Source of the DNA: Eledone cirrhosa
Lineage: Eukaryota
DNA length: 64,000 nucleotides
Assembly (NCBI GenBank): GCA_964016885.1
Contig: OZ024745.1
Location: 18,352,001-18,416,000, forward strand
Reading direction: 5' to 3'
Made by a program: the position numbers and the translations under genes. Below are positions 12,828 to 24,633 of the stretch, piece by piece. Position 1 is the first letter of the stretch. Every line of letters starts with the position of its first letter. The notes under the pieces are model-generated. The model was not told the origin of the DNA, searched no databases, and was given only the letters and a program-made list of their open reading frames with translations.

Positions 12828-13303
12828 AGGGCCATTTGCCAATATGGTTTGTTTTTATTGATTTATTATTTTAAATCGAGACAGGCAAACTGTATTATTA
12901 TAATTAGTATTTTTCAATCTAGCTAACTTAGTCATACACTTATATGTTGGTATTTGTGTTTATCATGTATATTAATTTATATTAACTTGTATACATATAT
13001 ATATATATATAAAAACAAATAACGAAACGAAATTAAATTTCGCTTCGTTTGTAACTCACTTTTGTATGACTGATGCTTAAACAATTAAGTTAAAAATGTA
13101 CATCCACATATGTATACTGAAATACTAGTATGCATATGAATACACACACGTATACATATGTAGATGTACCGAGTTTTTCACTGGTCACTTTACTGTGAGT
13201 GTCCAGCTATTCTGTATGTAAACACACAGACAAACCGGTTTTTAGAGTCATACTGGTTTTTGAGGAAACACCTTTCCTCTATTCTCCAGAAAGCCAGACA
13301 AGG

Positions 13304-13348
13304 AATATTGAACTAGTTTCGATGTTGTTACATCTCATCAGCAATATT
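13304..13348 (-). ncRNA. Minimal type I hammerhead with palindromic stem III (family A)
   Basis: Minus strand AATATTG-CTGATGA-GATGT aaca ACATC-GAAAC-TA-GTT-CAATATT. Confidence 0.9.
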
Positions 13349-13769
13349 TACCTATCTTCCGGCCTCTCTAGAGAATCGTAAAAGCACATATCGTTATATG
13401 CTTTTTCTATGAAAATTAGTAGTGGGCAGACTAATTTGCATAGAGCATGAGTACGTACCGGTTCAACGGAGACGATAAAAACAAATAACGAAACGAAATT
13501 AAATTTCGCTTCGTTTGTAACTCACTTTTGTATGACTGACGCTTAAACAATTAAGTTAAAAATGTACATCCACATATGTATACTGAAATACTAGTATGCA
13601 TATGAATACACACACGTATACATATGTAGATGTACCGAGTTTTTCACTGGTCACTTTACTGTGAGTGTCCAGCTATTCTGTATGTAAACACACAGACAAA
13701 CCGGTTTTTAGAGTCATACTGGTTTTTGCGGAAACACCTTTCCTCTATTCTCCAGAAAGCCAGACAAGG

Positions 13770-13814
13770 AATATTGAACTAGTTTCGATGTTGTTACATC
13801 TCATCAGCAATATT
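13770..13814 (-). ncRNA. Minimal type I hammerhead (family A, second tandem copy)
   Basis: Identical to 13304-13348. Confidence 0.9.
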
Positions 13815-13968
13815 TACCTATCATCCGGCCTCTCTAGAGAATCGTAAAAGCACAACCGGTACGTACTCATGCTCTATGCAAATTAGTCTGCCCACTACTA
13901 ATTTTCATAGAAAAAGCATATAACGATATGTGCTTTTACGATTCTCTAGAGAGGCCGGAAGATAGGTA

Positions 13969-14013
13969 AATATTGCTGATGAGATGTAACAACATCGAAA
14001 CTAGTTCAATATT
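13969..14013 (+). ncRNA. Minimal type I hammerhead (family A, inverted copy)
   Basis: AATATTGCTGATGAGATGTAACAACATCGAAACTAGTTCAATATT. Confidence 0.9.
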
Positions 14014-14654
14014 CCTTGTCTGGCTTTCTGGAGAATAGAGGAAAGGTGTTTACATCGAAAAAAATCATAGAAAAAAATCACATATATAGTGAAATATACT
14101 ATTAATACTTATGGGTAGGAGACAAATACTAAATGTACAGATTGTAAATAGGTGAGACTATATGTGTACACATTGAACGCTTTCTCTAACCTGATCTAAA
14201 TAAACTTAATAGTGTTCATCTAATATTGCTATATACGTATATGAACTTAAATATAAAATGTGATCCTTGCGGTAATTTATGAGAAAACTCTACAAACATT
14301 ACGTGCTTAGTTTAATAGAGGAACTACATAAATATATAAATAACATTTCAGGAAATGTGTGAAGAAACGCATATATGTAATAATTTACTGCAAATATGAA
14401 AGATAGGGGAATAGGAAAAGCTGAAAAGAAATTATTCTCAAATGCAGAGCAACTAAACTAAATGGAAGTTAGTAAAAGATACTATCTATGGCAATGTAAA
14501 AGAATGAGAAGGAAATAAATTGTGGAATTATTAAGTACACATAAATATAGTGAATAAGATATATAAGAAATTAAAAGTTATAATAGAGAATGGAATTATA
14601 AAAGAATTATACTACATCTTAACTGGTCGTTGGAGGACACTATTATATGCCAGA

Positions 14655-14836
14655 ATTGGCAGTATCAGTAGAGGGTCGGACACCATGTTTGACGCATAGA
14701 TTTATGGCCCTTGCCATTCTGAGTTAAAATCCCGCCGAGGTTCACTTTGCCTTTCATCCTTACAGGGTCGATAAAATAAAGTACCAATAATGTACTGGGT
14801 AATTGGTGGCCTTGTGCCAATAGTAGAAACAATTAT
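14655..14836 (+). mobile_element. tRNA-derived SINE (octopus-type family)
   Basis: TGGCAGTATC..GAGTTAAAATCCCGCCGAGG..CTTTGCCTTTCATCC..GGTCGATAAAATAAAGTACC..GGCCTTGTGCCAA. Homologous to 54373-54560 and 63704-63880. Confidence 0.8.
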
Positions 14837-15146
14837 GTTTAGCATTTGCGTATATATGAGTGTAAGGTGGCATTGGTATATATATATATACTACACAGAA
14901 GATTATGGGTGCGTGTTGTCATATTTGGTAGAGCATCGGATGTAATGTTGTGCTGATTTTGCCCCAGCTTTCTTAGCTCTAATTTCAATAGCTTGGAAGC
15001 TAAAGTGCCACGATCGGATTCTGATTTCATTGTTGTTAAGTGACTGTGAGCACAAGATTTACCACTGTCAGAAGTTTAGCCCTTAGCTGCTGCCTGTGCT
15101 TGTTTCAGCTAAATTGACATCACCCAGTCAAGCAATCATTACGAAC

Positions 15147-15381
15147 CCAATAATGTGGTCGAGAAATAAAGTACTAAACATGTATAGGGTATGATATTGT
15201 AACATGGCCGATGGTGAGGTACACAGAACAAATGTAAAACATGTAGACAATACGTTATATGCATTGTGTATATATATATATATGCCAGCGAGATCGATAT
15301 ATATATATACATATATATATATATGTGTGTGTGTGTGTGTATGTGTGTATATACATACGCATAGACACACACATACACACT

Positions 15382-15418
<37 letters not shown>

Positions 15419-15566
15419 CGATCTCGCTGGCATATATATATACACAAATATGCATATAACGTATTTTCTACATGTTTTAAATTTGTTCTGTGTACCTCAC
15501 CATCGACATGTTACAATATCATACCCTATACATGTTCAGTACTTTATTTCTCGACCACATTATTGG
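15147..15566. repeat. Long inverted repeat (~160 bp arms) around a mirrored microsatellite centre
   Basis: 15147-15310 is the near reverse complement of 15410-15566. Confidence 0.9.
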
Positions 15567-15690
15567 CTTGATATATATATGTATACATACATACGTGCAA
15601 ATGTGCAAACATACACATATATACATAGAGGTGTGGTACACAGTTAGATATTAAATGTATGAAAATGACTGGGAGAAGGAGTGAGAGTGT

Positions 15691-15767
<77 letters not shown>

Positions 15768-16161
15768 ATAGAATGAATATGCAGACGTGGTAGCTGATAT
15801 ATTTATATTTATAGTGTTTGTATGATAAAGTGACAATAGCAACATAAAGAAAGAAATAATACTAAATTTAAGGATGGTTGTTGGTTGGTGAAAGAACGTC
15901 ACATGAGCATCGGAACATGGCAAGTAAAATTAATGGTATATGTTTCATTTTCACCCAGCTGTGTGCAGTACAAACAAAAACTTACTTCAGGTTTGGTAAT
16001 TACATTACAAAGTGAATATTTAAGAGAATGAATTGTACGGCATATATATAAATATATGTCTATCATTTCCTTTTCCGCTCCTTTTTTCATACACTCTTTT
16101 CTTTCTCATTCACACCCAATTCGTGCCTCTGCATACCCCCCTTCTCTCTCTCTCTCTTTCT

Positions 16162-16254
<93 letters not shown>

Positions 16255-16276
16255 AGTATGTATATAATGTATATAT

Positions 16277-16685
16277 CCGGGAGAGATGACCCCTTAGCCT
16301 TTGTCAATGCAGAATTCTAGGAGAAGGAAAACTCTGATATAACACCTGCAGCCCTGATGGTATCCAATGATGTTGACTTGTTCTTCTTTTTGGTAAATAT
16401 CAACTTGGTTAAGAGAGTGGGACTGGCTTTGTGCAGTGCCTTTGCTCACTATAAAAGCTTCACGGCACAGGCATTGCTTTATATCTGGAGATCTCTCTGC
16501 ACTTGTCGTCACATGGTACCATGGGCCCAGCACAATGTGTCAATAATTGTCACAAGTGTAGTGTTTGTACCAGAGTTTTCAAGTCACTGGCTGGACTAAA
16601 AAGTCACACTCGTTCAGCGCATCGGTAGGGGTTCTCCTACATGGATATAAAGTAGTGGCCATACTCGAAAACGAGTTGGCAGCCA

Positions 16686-16688
<3 letters not shown>
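16277..16688 (+). mobile_element. Non-autonomous RTE-derived short element (~410 bp) in (TA)n
   Basis: Near-identical copies at 20180-20590 and 51567-51916(-). The 3' part encodes WRSLC and an RTE-type C2H2 tail CSVCTRVFKSLAGLKSHTRSAH. Confidence 0.8.
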
Positions 16689-16768
<80 letters not shown>

Positions 16769-17364
16769 GTTGGAAAATCACTGACGAAGGACTATTTTTA
16801 TCATATGTAACCCATGTGCAACCACGCAGTATTCTTTCTTCTCATGGTTTTTATATATAGTTGCCCCAGCTGCGTTTGTCTGTTTCTCTCTTACTGCTTC
16901 CCCGCTCTCTCTGTTTCTCTCACCTTCTTTCGCCCCCTCTGTCAGTTACACTTTCTCTCGACTGGCCTCTTCCTCGCACTACCACTCACTCACTCTCTGT
17001 TTCTCCTCTTCTTACTTCCTGCCGTTTGGCCTGTAGTAGGTTCTCTTCTTGCTCACATCTCACTCACGTCGGATGGTCTGTATACACCTCTCTCGCTCAT
17101 GAAATCCACCCAGCTTAAGCTGACCGGATTTCCATGCTGCTTGTTTTTTCCTATCTTTGCGTTGCTTTCCTTCCCTGTTGTTTACTTGTCTCGCTCTCTT
17201 TACGCGGTTTACTTGTCCCAATAGCTTTATTTAGCTATTGCTCGCACCAACCGGAGGTATATGATTTATGAAATACCAATGAAGGTTGGAAAATCACTGA
17301 CGAAGGACTATTTTTATCATATGTAACCCATGTGCAACCACGCAGTATTCTTTCTTCTCATGTT
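16769..17364 (+). mobile_element. 516-bp unit with ~80-bp terminal direct repeat in (TA)n; pLTR-like, HHR core only partial
   Basis: GTTGGAAAATCACTGACGAAGGAC..CTTCTCATG at 16769 and 17285. CTGACGAAG is present but no downstream GAAA. Confidence 0.6.
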
Positions 17365-17598
17365 TTTATATATATATATATATATACTTCTTTTTTTAAT
17401 TTGTTTTGCAAGATTTCTCATCTGTAAACGTGTGTTGAAACGAATATTGTTATACTTTCGAAGAATCATGCTACTAATAAATGCACATGCACGTGCTGGT
17501 TTTCACTTCAATTTATTACAAATTTCCCGTTGATTGGTTGGTTCGATAACCGGATGGTTGTTTGTATATTGTCAAAGCTCTTTCGTCACACATTCTGT

Positions 17599-17709
17599 GA
17601 CCACCTCATTGACAGGGTTTTTTTATTTTGTGTCTCTCCTTTGTTCTGTACTACACCATCTTGTTTTTCTGTATTGTGTCGAAACGACCGGACCTCAGCC
17701 TTCGGGGTC
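17599..17709 (+). ncRNA. Degenerate hammerhead with long stem II (family also at 21231-21448)
   Basis: GACC/GGTC stem I, damaged core CTCATT, GACA..TGTC stem II, GAAAC..TTC. Downstream 17710-17805 is homologous to the reverse complement of 21231-21325. Confidence 0.45.
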
Positions 17710-17884
17710 CTGATTCTTTTCATATTACCCACTTTATTAGCCTAAGTATTGAGTACTCTGGTGCGTTATGGTCCACCTGGTATCTTACCACACCCCGCTT
17801 TGTTATATATATATGTATATATATATATATATATATTTACACACACACGCACACATACACACACACAAACAAACACGCACGCAC

Positions 17885-17945
<61 letters not shown>

Positions 17946-18052
17946 TTAGTTATACTATTTATGGTTATGTAAAATGTATCAATGTTTGAATATGTATTGG
18001 TATGCCTCTCGGCTGAAAAGGAGGTCATATAACTGTCCATGCATTAATAAAT

Positions 18053-18099
18053 TGCTCCGAAGAATCCAAACCTCGGTTTGGAGGAAACAGCTGTAAGCA
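18053..18099 (+). ncRNA. Type I hammerhead, C4 variant, palindromic stem III
   Basis: TGCT-CCGAAGA-A-TCCAAAC ctcg GTTTGGA-G-GAAAC-AGCT-GTA-AGCA, in a ~200 bp island between (TA)n tracts. Confidence 0.82.
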
Positions 18100-18137
18100 C
18101 AATAATGTTTTGAACAGTTCTTTGATTCTTATATTTC

Positions 18138-18169
<32 letters not shown>

Positions 18170-19234
18170 ATATAACATATATATATGTGTGTGTATATAA
18201 CACATATATATATATATATGTATGTGTTTATATAACACATATATATATATATATATATGTGTGTGTGTATATAACACACACATATATATGTGTGTGTGTG
18301 TATAACACACATATATATATATATATGTATGTGTGTGTTGACGTTATGGCTGTATGTATGTGCATGTAAATGGTAATTATTTTAAATAGGTGACAACCTG
18401 TATGACAAATAATTGAGGGCAATTACATGAAAAGCAAGGAGCATAAATTACAGATGATATTAGAATTCCGTTGAAAGCTGTCAGCTGAACTTAGTTAAAC
18501 GTAATCAAATTTGCTAATGGATTGAGTTTTTTTAATAACGGCTTTACCGATGTATTTACCTCCGAACAACAACAACGACACATCACGAATTCAAAATGCA
18601 ACGCAAAGATAGTTAGATATATATGTAGAACATATTAATCGAATATTAGTTATTATTTAATTATTGATGAATAAAGTATTGGATTTATATTTCTCATAAA
18701 TATACATTTAATTACTTGTTTCTGATATAGACACAAGGCCAACAATATATACAAGATACTCTCATGGAATGACCAAATGAGGTTTATTTTTCAACATATT
18801 CCATGGAATGTTACAGTGCAGTTATTAATAAGAAGAGTTTAAATTAATGCATGCAAGATTTCACAGCTCTAATATCACAGCTCCTTCATAGTCAGCCTAT
18901 GAACATCTCCACTGACAACGTTAAATATAATATTAGTCCTTACATATCAACAATGTAAATAGAAAGAAAGGAAATAAATGTAGTGTAATGGATCATTCTT
19001 CTAAACTCAACTAAATAAATGTTAAGTTCATATTGTGATTTAGTGATGATATACGTTTATGAGTTTATATATATTATAAATAAAATGTGCACCTTCTGGT
19101 TATTTATGGGAACTTTCGATGAAAATTAGGAGCTTAGATTAATAGCGAAATTATAGGAATATATATCAATAAAATTTAAAGCAATATATGGTAAGAAACT
19201 ATATATTTGAACACACACACACACACAAACACAT

Positions 19235-19840
19235 ATGTATGTCTGTGTGTATTTGCGTGTTTAAGTGTGTGTAAATTGGTCTGTGTCTGCATGTGAATGG
19301 GTGTGTCTGTGCGTGTATGTGTGTGTGTGTGTTAGCGTGTTAAGTGTGTATAAATCGGTCTGTGTCTGCGTGTGAATGTGTGTGTATGCTTGCGTGTTTA
19401 AGTGTGTGTAAATTGGTGTGTGTCTGTGCGTGTGTGTGTTTGTGTGTTAAGTGTGTATAAATCGGTCTCTGTCTGCGTGTGAATGTGTGTGTGTGCCTTT
19501 GCGTGTTTAAGTGTGTGTAAATTGGTCTGTGTCTGCGTGTGAATGTGTGTGTGTATGCTTGCGTGTTTAAGTGTGTTTAAATGGGTGTGTGTCTGTGCGT
19601 GTATGTGTGTGTGTTAGCGTGTTAAGTGTCTATAAATCGGTCTGTGTCTGCGTGTGAATGTGTGTGTGTATGCTTGTGTGTTTAAGTGTGTTTAAATTGG
19701 TGTGTGTCTGTGCGTGTGTGTGTGTGTGTTAGCGTGTTAAGTGTCTATAAATCGGTCTGTGTCTGTGTGTGAATGTGTGTGTGTCTTTGCGTGTTTAAGT
19801 GTGTGTAAATTTCTGTGTCTTCGCGTGTGTGTGAGTGTGT
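19235..19840. repeat. GT-rich minisatellite (~60/120 bp alternating units)
   Basis: Recurring GCGTGTTTAAGTGTGTGTAAATTGG / GTGTTAAGTGTGTATAAATCGGTCTGTGTCTGCGTGTGAATG. Confidence 0.85.
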
Positions 19841-20147
19841 GCCTTTGTGATATGATTTACTGCAAATATAAGAGTGGGTGAATAGTAAAATTTGAAATAA
19901 AAAGACACTAAAGAGAAGTTAGTAAAAGGATAATAATTTGGAATTAGAAAGAACGGTAGGAGGGGGGGTTATGGCGAAGTTATTATAAATACATAAAAGT
20001 GAAAATATAATATCTGAAAAAGTAGAAATATTTCAAGATTGAATTATATATGTTCAATGCTAACTCTTAACTTCTCGTGGAAAGACATTGATATAAGCTA
20101 ACATTAAGAATCTGTGTGTATGGGTGTGCGCCTGTATATGTGTGTAA

Positions 20148-20179
<32 letters not shown>

Positions 20180-20182
<3 letters not shown>

Positions 20183-20590
20183 GGAGAGATGACCCCCTAG
20201 CCTTTGTCAAGGCAGAATTCTAGGAGAAGGAAAACGCTGATATAACACCTGCAACCCTGATGGTATCCAATGATGTTGACATGTTCTTCTTTTTGGTAAA
20301 TATCATCTTGGTTAAGAGAGTGGGACTGGCTTTGTACAGTGCCTTTGCTCACTATAAAAGCTTCACGGCACAGGCATTGCTTTATATCTGGAGATCTCTC
20401 TGCACTTGTCGTCACATGGTACCATGGGCCCAGCACTATGTGTCAATAATTGTCACAAGTGTAGTGTTTGTACCAGAGTTTTCAAGTCGCTGGCTGGACT
20501 AAAAGTCACACTCGTTCAGCGCATCGGTAGGGGTTCTCCTACATGGATATAAAGTAGTGGCCGTACTCGAAAACGAGTTGGCAGCCACCA
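20180..20590 (+). mobile_element. RTE-derived short element, copy 2
   Basis: Near-identical to 16277-16688, same 5' start CCGGGAGAGATGACCCC. Confidence 0.8.
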
Positions 20591-20617
20591 TATATATTAT
20601 TCACCGTTAACGGGATC

Positions 20618-20665
20618 TTCTGGAGATCCCGTTAAGGGAGAAAGCAGCGATTCTTTGCTTAAACT
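20618..20665 (+). ncRNA. Hammerhead (family C), 5'-truncated with a small fold-back
   Basis: CTGGAGA-TCCC gttaa GGGA-GAAAGCAG..TTGCTT-AAACT, preceded by an inverted TTAACGGGATCT. Homologue at 38809-38859(-). Confidence 0.6.
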
Positions 20666-20772
20666 TTAATCTCTTATTTTAATAAATATTTGCTCTACGG
20701 TTCTTATATATTTGATATATATTTATCCTTATCGAGCAATCTTTGGATTTTAGTCTTCAAATTTATTATTAT

Positions 20773-20809
<37 letters not shown>

Positions 20810-21230
20810 AATATAAATTAGCGAGAATCGTTTTCAGCTCAGGAATTAACGAAAATCAACGTCCGATATGTGTGGCAAGCGCTCGATGAATCTTATGAAT
20901 CAGAGCTACAACATACGTTAAGGGCCAAACACACTGAGATGATGGTTAAACATATCATCCGCACAGCCAAAACAAAACGACCAAGTAATTCGGGTCAAAC
21001 AATAAAAATATGTGTTGATACTTTCCCGGACCCTGGACTGATGGTAAAATCCAGTATTGGTTTCTGCGACTCCAAATCAGGTACTGTCCGCCTACATAAA
21101 GAATGTTGGGCTTCTGGTGAGATGATGAACAAGGCAGTCGTGTTATCAACGGGTTTTGCTCCAAGATGCTATAGATAGTGTGGCTATTACTGACCCCTCG
21201 TGGGATTCAGCAATATATATATATATATAT

Positions 21231-21448
21231 ATAACGAAGAAGTGTGGTAAGGAACCAGGTGGACCATGACGCACCAGAGTAATTAATACTTTGGGTAGTA
21301 TAGTGTGTAATAGGAAAATGTTCAAGACCCCGACGGCAGAGCTCAAGCCGTTTCGACGGCTATTTCTGGACGAAAATTCTAATTCAGCCCATAAATAGCC
21401 ATCGAAACGGCTTGAGCCCTGCCGTCGGGGTCTTGAACATTTTCCTAT
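21231..21448 (-). mobile_element. Fold-back 5'-truncated HHR repeat (3' half of a hammerhead in both arms)
   Basis: IR 21310-21365 / 21392-21448. Each arm reads CGAAAC-GGC..GCC-GTC-GGGGTC. Flanked by (TA)n. Confidence 0.7.
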
Positions 21449-21590
21449 ATATATATATATTCGAACTTAATGTCTGACGAAAACGTATTGAATAATCGTT
21501 GAATAATATTTCTGTACCTTCGAAATATGCAGAACAAGATACAGTAATGAAGTAAAACGATGTTGAGTATGTGATAGGGTCTAGTTTCTT

Positions 21591-21627
<37 letters not shown>

Positions 21628-21870
21628 ATAAAGTGAGAGACATTAGGAGTTACCAGTTTATACCGTTGCTCTACTAAGTAATCGATACTTAGTTGAGTGT
21701 AGGAGTTGCAATGAACTCAACCGTCGTAACTCATTAATTGACACCCCCTCCCCCACAGAGATAAACTACGATAAACATTGACACCTCCAAGATGCCAATG
21801 AGACCATACAACCCATGCCACTAAAGTCTTCTGGGATTAATGGCCTCACCAAGACGACGGATATATATAT

Positions 21871-22428
21871 AATTCGAACACATGTATACTTATATCTGTT
21901 TTTATCCTTCTCATATATCCAATTATATTACACGGCTCAGAAAGATTCCCTTCTTTAAGCTATTTAATTGCAAAAGACTATTTTGAGTTTCTAACTCAAT
22001 CTATGATATTCTCGGCTCCTTATGTAGAGCTAACTTTAGTCTCATAAACCCGGCTGCTATTTTTAGCGGCACGAGTATGAGACGCGGTAGGCGCTGCGAA
22101 ATGTGCTTTTATATTAGCATATCGTTCAGTCTTCTTAGATCCTTTGAAGTGAATGGTACGAATGTTCCTGGATAACCGCAGAAGAGCACAGGAATTCTGG
22201 CTTTCACTTAATAATTCTTGCGAAACAGATTAAGGTCTGTCCGGGTATCAAAGGCTATTGCCCGATATAGGTTCGTTATTTTTGTTGATTTATTACTTTA
22301 AATCGAGTAAGGCAAACTATATTGTTTTAAATTAGTATTTTTTCAACCTAGCTAACTTGGTTATTTGCAATTGGAACACATGTATACTTATATCTGTTTT
22401 CATCTCTCTCATATATCCAATTATATAT
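21871..22428 (+). mobile_element. Diverged family B unit (~500 bp plus ~55 bp terminal redundancy)
   Basis: Colinear similarity to the 11579-12117 unit. GAACACATGTATACTTATATCTGTTTT occurs at both ends. Confidence 0.8.
22171..22249 (+). ncRNA. Type I hammerhead of the diverged family B copy (U4A)
   Basis: GATAACCG-CAGAAGA-GCA..TGC-GAAACAGAT taag GTCT-GTC-CGGGTATC. Confidence 0.78.
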
Positions 22429-22579
22429 CATATATATATATATATATATATATACAAATAAGAAATGTAAGTCAACAGGGTAAAATTAGCTTCGCTTATT
22501 TATATTCGTTGGTGTATATTTTTGAGTGCTCCAACCTGCATACTGGGTGTGGGTAAACAACCAACACATACTCAAAATG

Positions 22580-22626
<47 letters not shown>

Positions 22627-22792
22627 CCATATATGTTTGGCAGTTTAACAATGGGTAAAACTGATGGATCCGGTTGGTAAACGATGATGCAATAATTTTA
22701 TTAAAGTTTTCAACGTTAAGCAAAGAATGCATCATAAATGTGGTTTCCCGTGGCTGGTGCAGAAACGGAGTTAAGTATTCATTAAAAACGAT

Positions 22793-23215
22793 AGAAATTT
22801 ACTTTAAAATTTTAATTTCGCAAAAGCACTATACATATTCTGATGGCCCAGCCTTGTCGGTCGATCATGATGCAACACGTAGACGATGTTATCAGGTGTT
22901 AATTGCAGAATTATTTCTATAATACAACAGGATTACGTAGAACACAAGCACAATATAGAAAATAGAAGTCCGATTATAATCGGATAGAAACTGACAATTC
23001 AGTGTTAATGGCGTGGCAGACAAATTCCCGAAATTTTCTATTTTCTACTCTCTTTTTGTGTTCGCCGTAATGCTGTTGTCTTACGGAATTAATCGTGGAA
23101 TTAACACCTGATGAAATGAAATTGTCTACGTCTTGCATCATGATCGGACGACAAAACTGGGACATCAAAATATGTATATTGCATTCGTAGGATTAAAATT
23201 CTAAAGTAAATTTCC
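22793..23215. repeat. Old imperfect inverted repeat (~175 bp arms)
   Basis: e.g. CGATCATGATGCAACACGTAGAC vs GTCTACGTCTTGCATCATGATCG; ATCAGGTGTTAATT vs AATTAACACCTGAT. Confidence 0.75.
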
Positions 23216-23297
23216 AGTCCGGCCTTCTTATGTTGTTTTTAATATATAAAGTATTTTTTGTTATTATTTTAAGAGTCCAATATCTGTTTTAGTAAGA

Positions 23298-23565
23298 TTA
23301 TTCTGTTATTCTGTTATAATGTTATTCTGTTATACTGAAGGTCTTTAAATGTAAAATATGTAGTAGGTCTATTCTGTTATTCTGATGGTCTTTAAATGTA
23401 AAGTAGGTATATTCTGTCATTCTGTTATACTGATGGTCTTTAAATGTGAAGTATGTAGTAGGTCTATTCTGTTATTCTGTTATACTGATGGTCTTTAAAT
23501 GTAAAGTATGTAGTAGGTCTATTCTGTTATACTGTTATATTGATGGTCTTTAAATGTAAAGTATG
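23298..23565. repeat. Minisatellite, ~45-57 bp unit
   Basis: TATTCTGTTATTCTGTTATACTGATGGTCTTTAAATGTAAAGTATGTAGTAGGTC repeated ~5 times. Confidence 0.9.
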
Positions 23566-23829
23566 GGCGTTTATATGGCACATGTTCTATTTTGTCATCT
23601 ATGTCATATTTAGCCTTGTCTATACATATTTTTAATATGTTTTAGATTACGTATTTTTATTGGTTTAATAATCAAATTTATGAGAAACCTAGGTTATGTA
23701 AATTGATGAATCTTATGCGTATATATGAGTGTAAGGTGGCATGGTATATATATATATGTATATATAATATACAGCACTTAGTACCTAAACACACAAGCAC
23801 AAATAGTTTGTCATTGACGTCGTCCTAAA

Positions 23830-24300
23830 GTTCTTATTCATTATTAAGAGGAAATATTTAGGGATTCAATTTGTATCTGCTATTATATTATGGATGTTTA
23901 CAATTTATGTTTCGAATGATATCTCTCGAAATTTTAAACTGTTGAGGAAATAATACATTTCATTTACTAAAGAGTTTTAAATTTTCTCTTGGGTGAATAG
24001 TAATTTTTGTTTGTACTTTCATCAATGTTGGCGATTAAGATAAATCTTAACAGAAGAGAGATTAATTTGTTAGAAAGAAGTTAGTTATTGAAGCAATGAA
24101 TTTAGTAGAGTATAATAACATTTATTTTGTTTGTATTAAAAATGTTGTTGGCTTTCTTCGCCCTGAACGTTTATTGAATACTGGCTAAAATGTTTTGAAA
24201 AATGTTTATACAACCTAATTATCATATTCATAAGGCAGCAGAGATGTGAGGTTATGGCGGGGGAAATAAGGAGTTCTAGAACTGTAAATGTTAATAAATA
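23830..24300 (-). pseudogene. Possible degraded N-terminal part of a Penelope-like (Naiad-type) ORF
   Basis: Minus-strand remnant ENLKLFSNEMYYFLNSLKFR resembles the pre-RT LxxFExDLxxLxxxIKFR segment of such elements. Many stops. Confidence 0.35.
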
Positions 24301-24600
24301 GATTGATACAGATATATGTCGTCATTGTCTTCTTCTTCTTCTGCATCCAATTATTCCTGGGAGAGTCGTGGGGACAGAGTCCGCAAACACTCCTTCCAAC
24401 GAATCCTGTCAGAAGCAACCGTCCCCACTTGCTCCGGATGGATCCCCAAGCGACGCCATCTTGCTCGAGGTCTACCCCTGGTTGATTTTGCCCGCACAAT
24501 CTGCCCAACGATTCTTTTATTTTTTTAGTTTTTGAGACATTCTAACCACATGATCCGTAGTATCGGAGCTGTTACCTCTCACCTCGGAGAAGTAGCAGCT

Positions 24601-24633
24601 CTACCTGAAGCAACTCACCGAAACGTCTTGTAG
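24601..24633 (+). ncRNA. Degenerate minimal hammerhead-like motif
   Basis: CTAC-CTGAAGC-AACTCAC-CGAAACGTC-TT-GTAG. The upstream GTAGTATCGGAGCT is shared with another degenerate motif at ~5088-5148. Confidence 0.4.

Larger units (their letters stand above)
11400..12992 (+). mobile_element. HHR-bearing tandem repeat (family B): 5' inverted segment plus ~2.6 units of 537-538 bp; PLE pLTR/retrozyme-like
   Basis: Units start at 11579, 12117 and 12654. 11400-11579 is the reverse complement of 11830-12010. (TA)n on both flanks. One HHR per unit. Confidence 0.88.
13011..14051 (-). mobile_element. HHR-bearing tandem repeat (family A): ~1.8 units of 466 bp plus a 5' inverted copy
   Basis: Units start at 13011 and 13477. 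13854-14051 is the reverse complement of ~13266-13463. (TA)n on the left flank. Confidence 0.88.

Noticed and set aside
11549-13847. Repeated short ORFs in the tandem units
   Set aside because: They vary in length or lack motifs and simply reflect duplication of non-coding HHR repeats
21470-21520. CTGACGA-AAACG..CGTT-GAAT motif, with similar weak motifs near 3140-3200, 5113-5148, 21108-21162 and 43045-43100
   Set aside because: Multiple core mismatches and poor stem I. Possibly decayed HHRs but not supportable individually
23298-23565. Regularly spaced repeats as a CRISPR-like array
   Set aside because: No unique spacers and a eukaryotic context. It is an ordinary minisatellite
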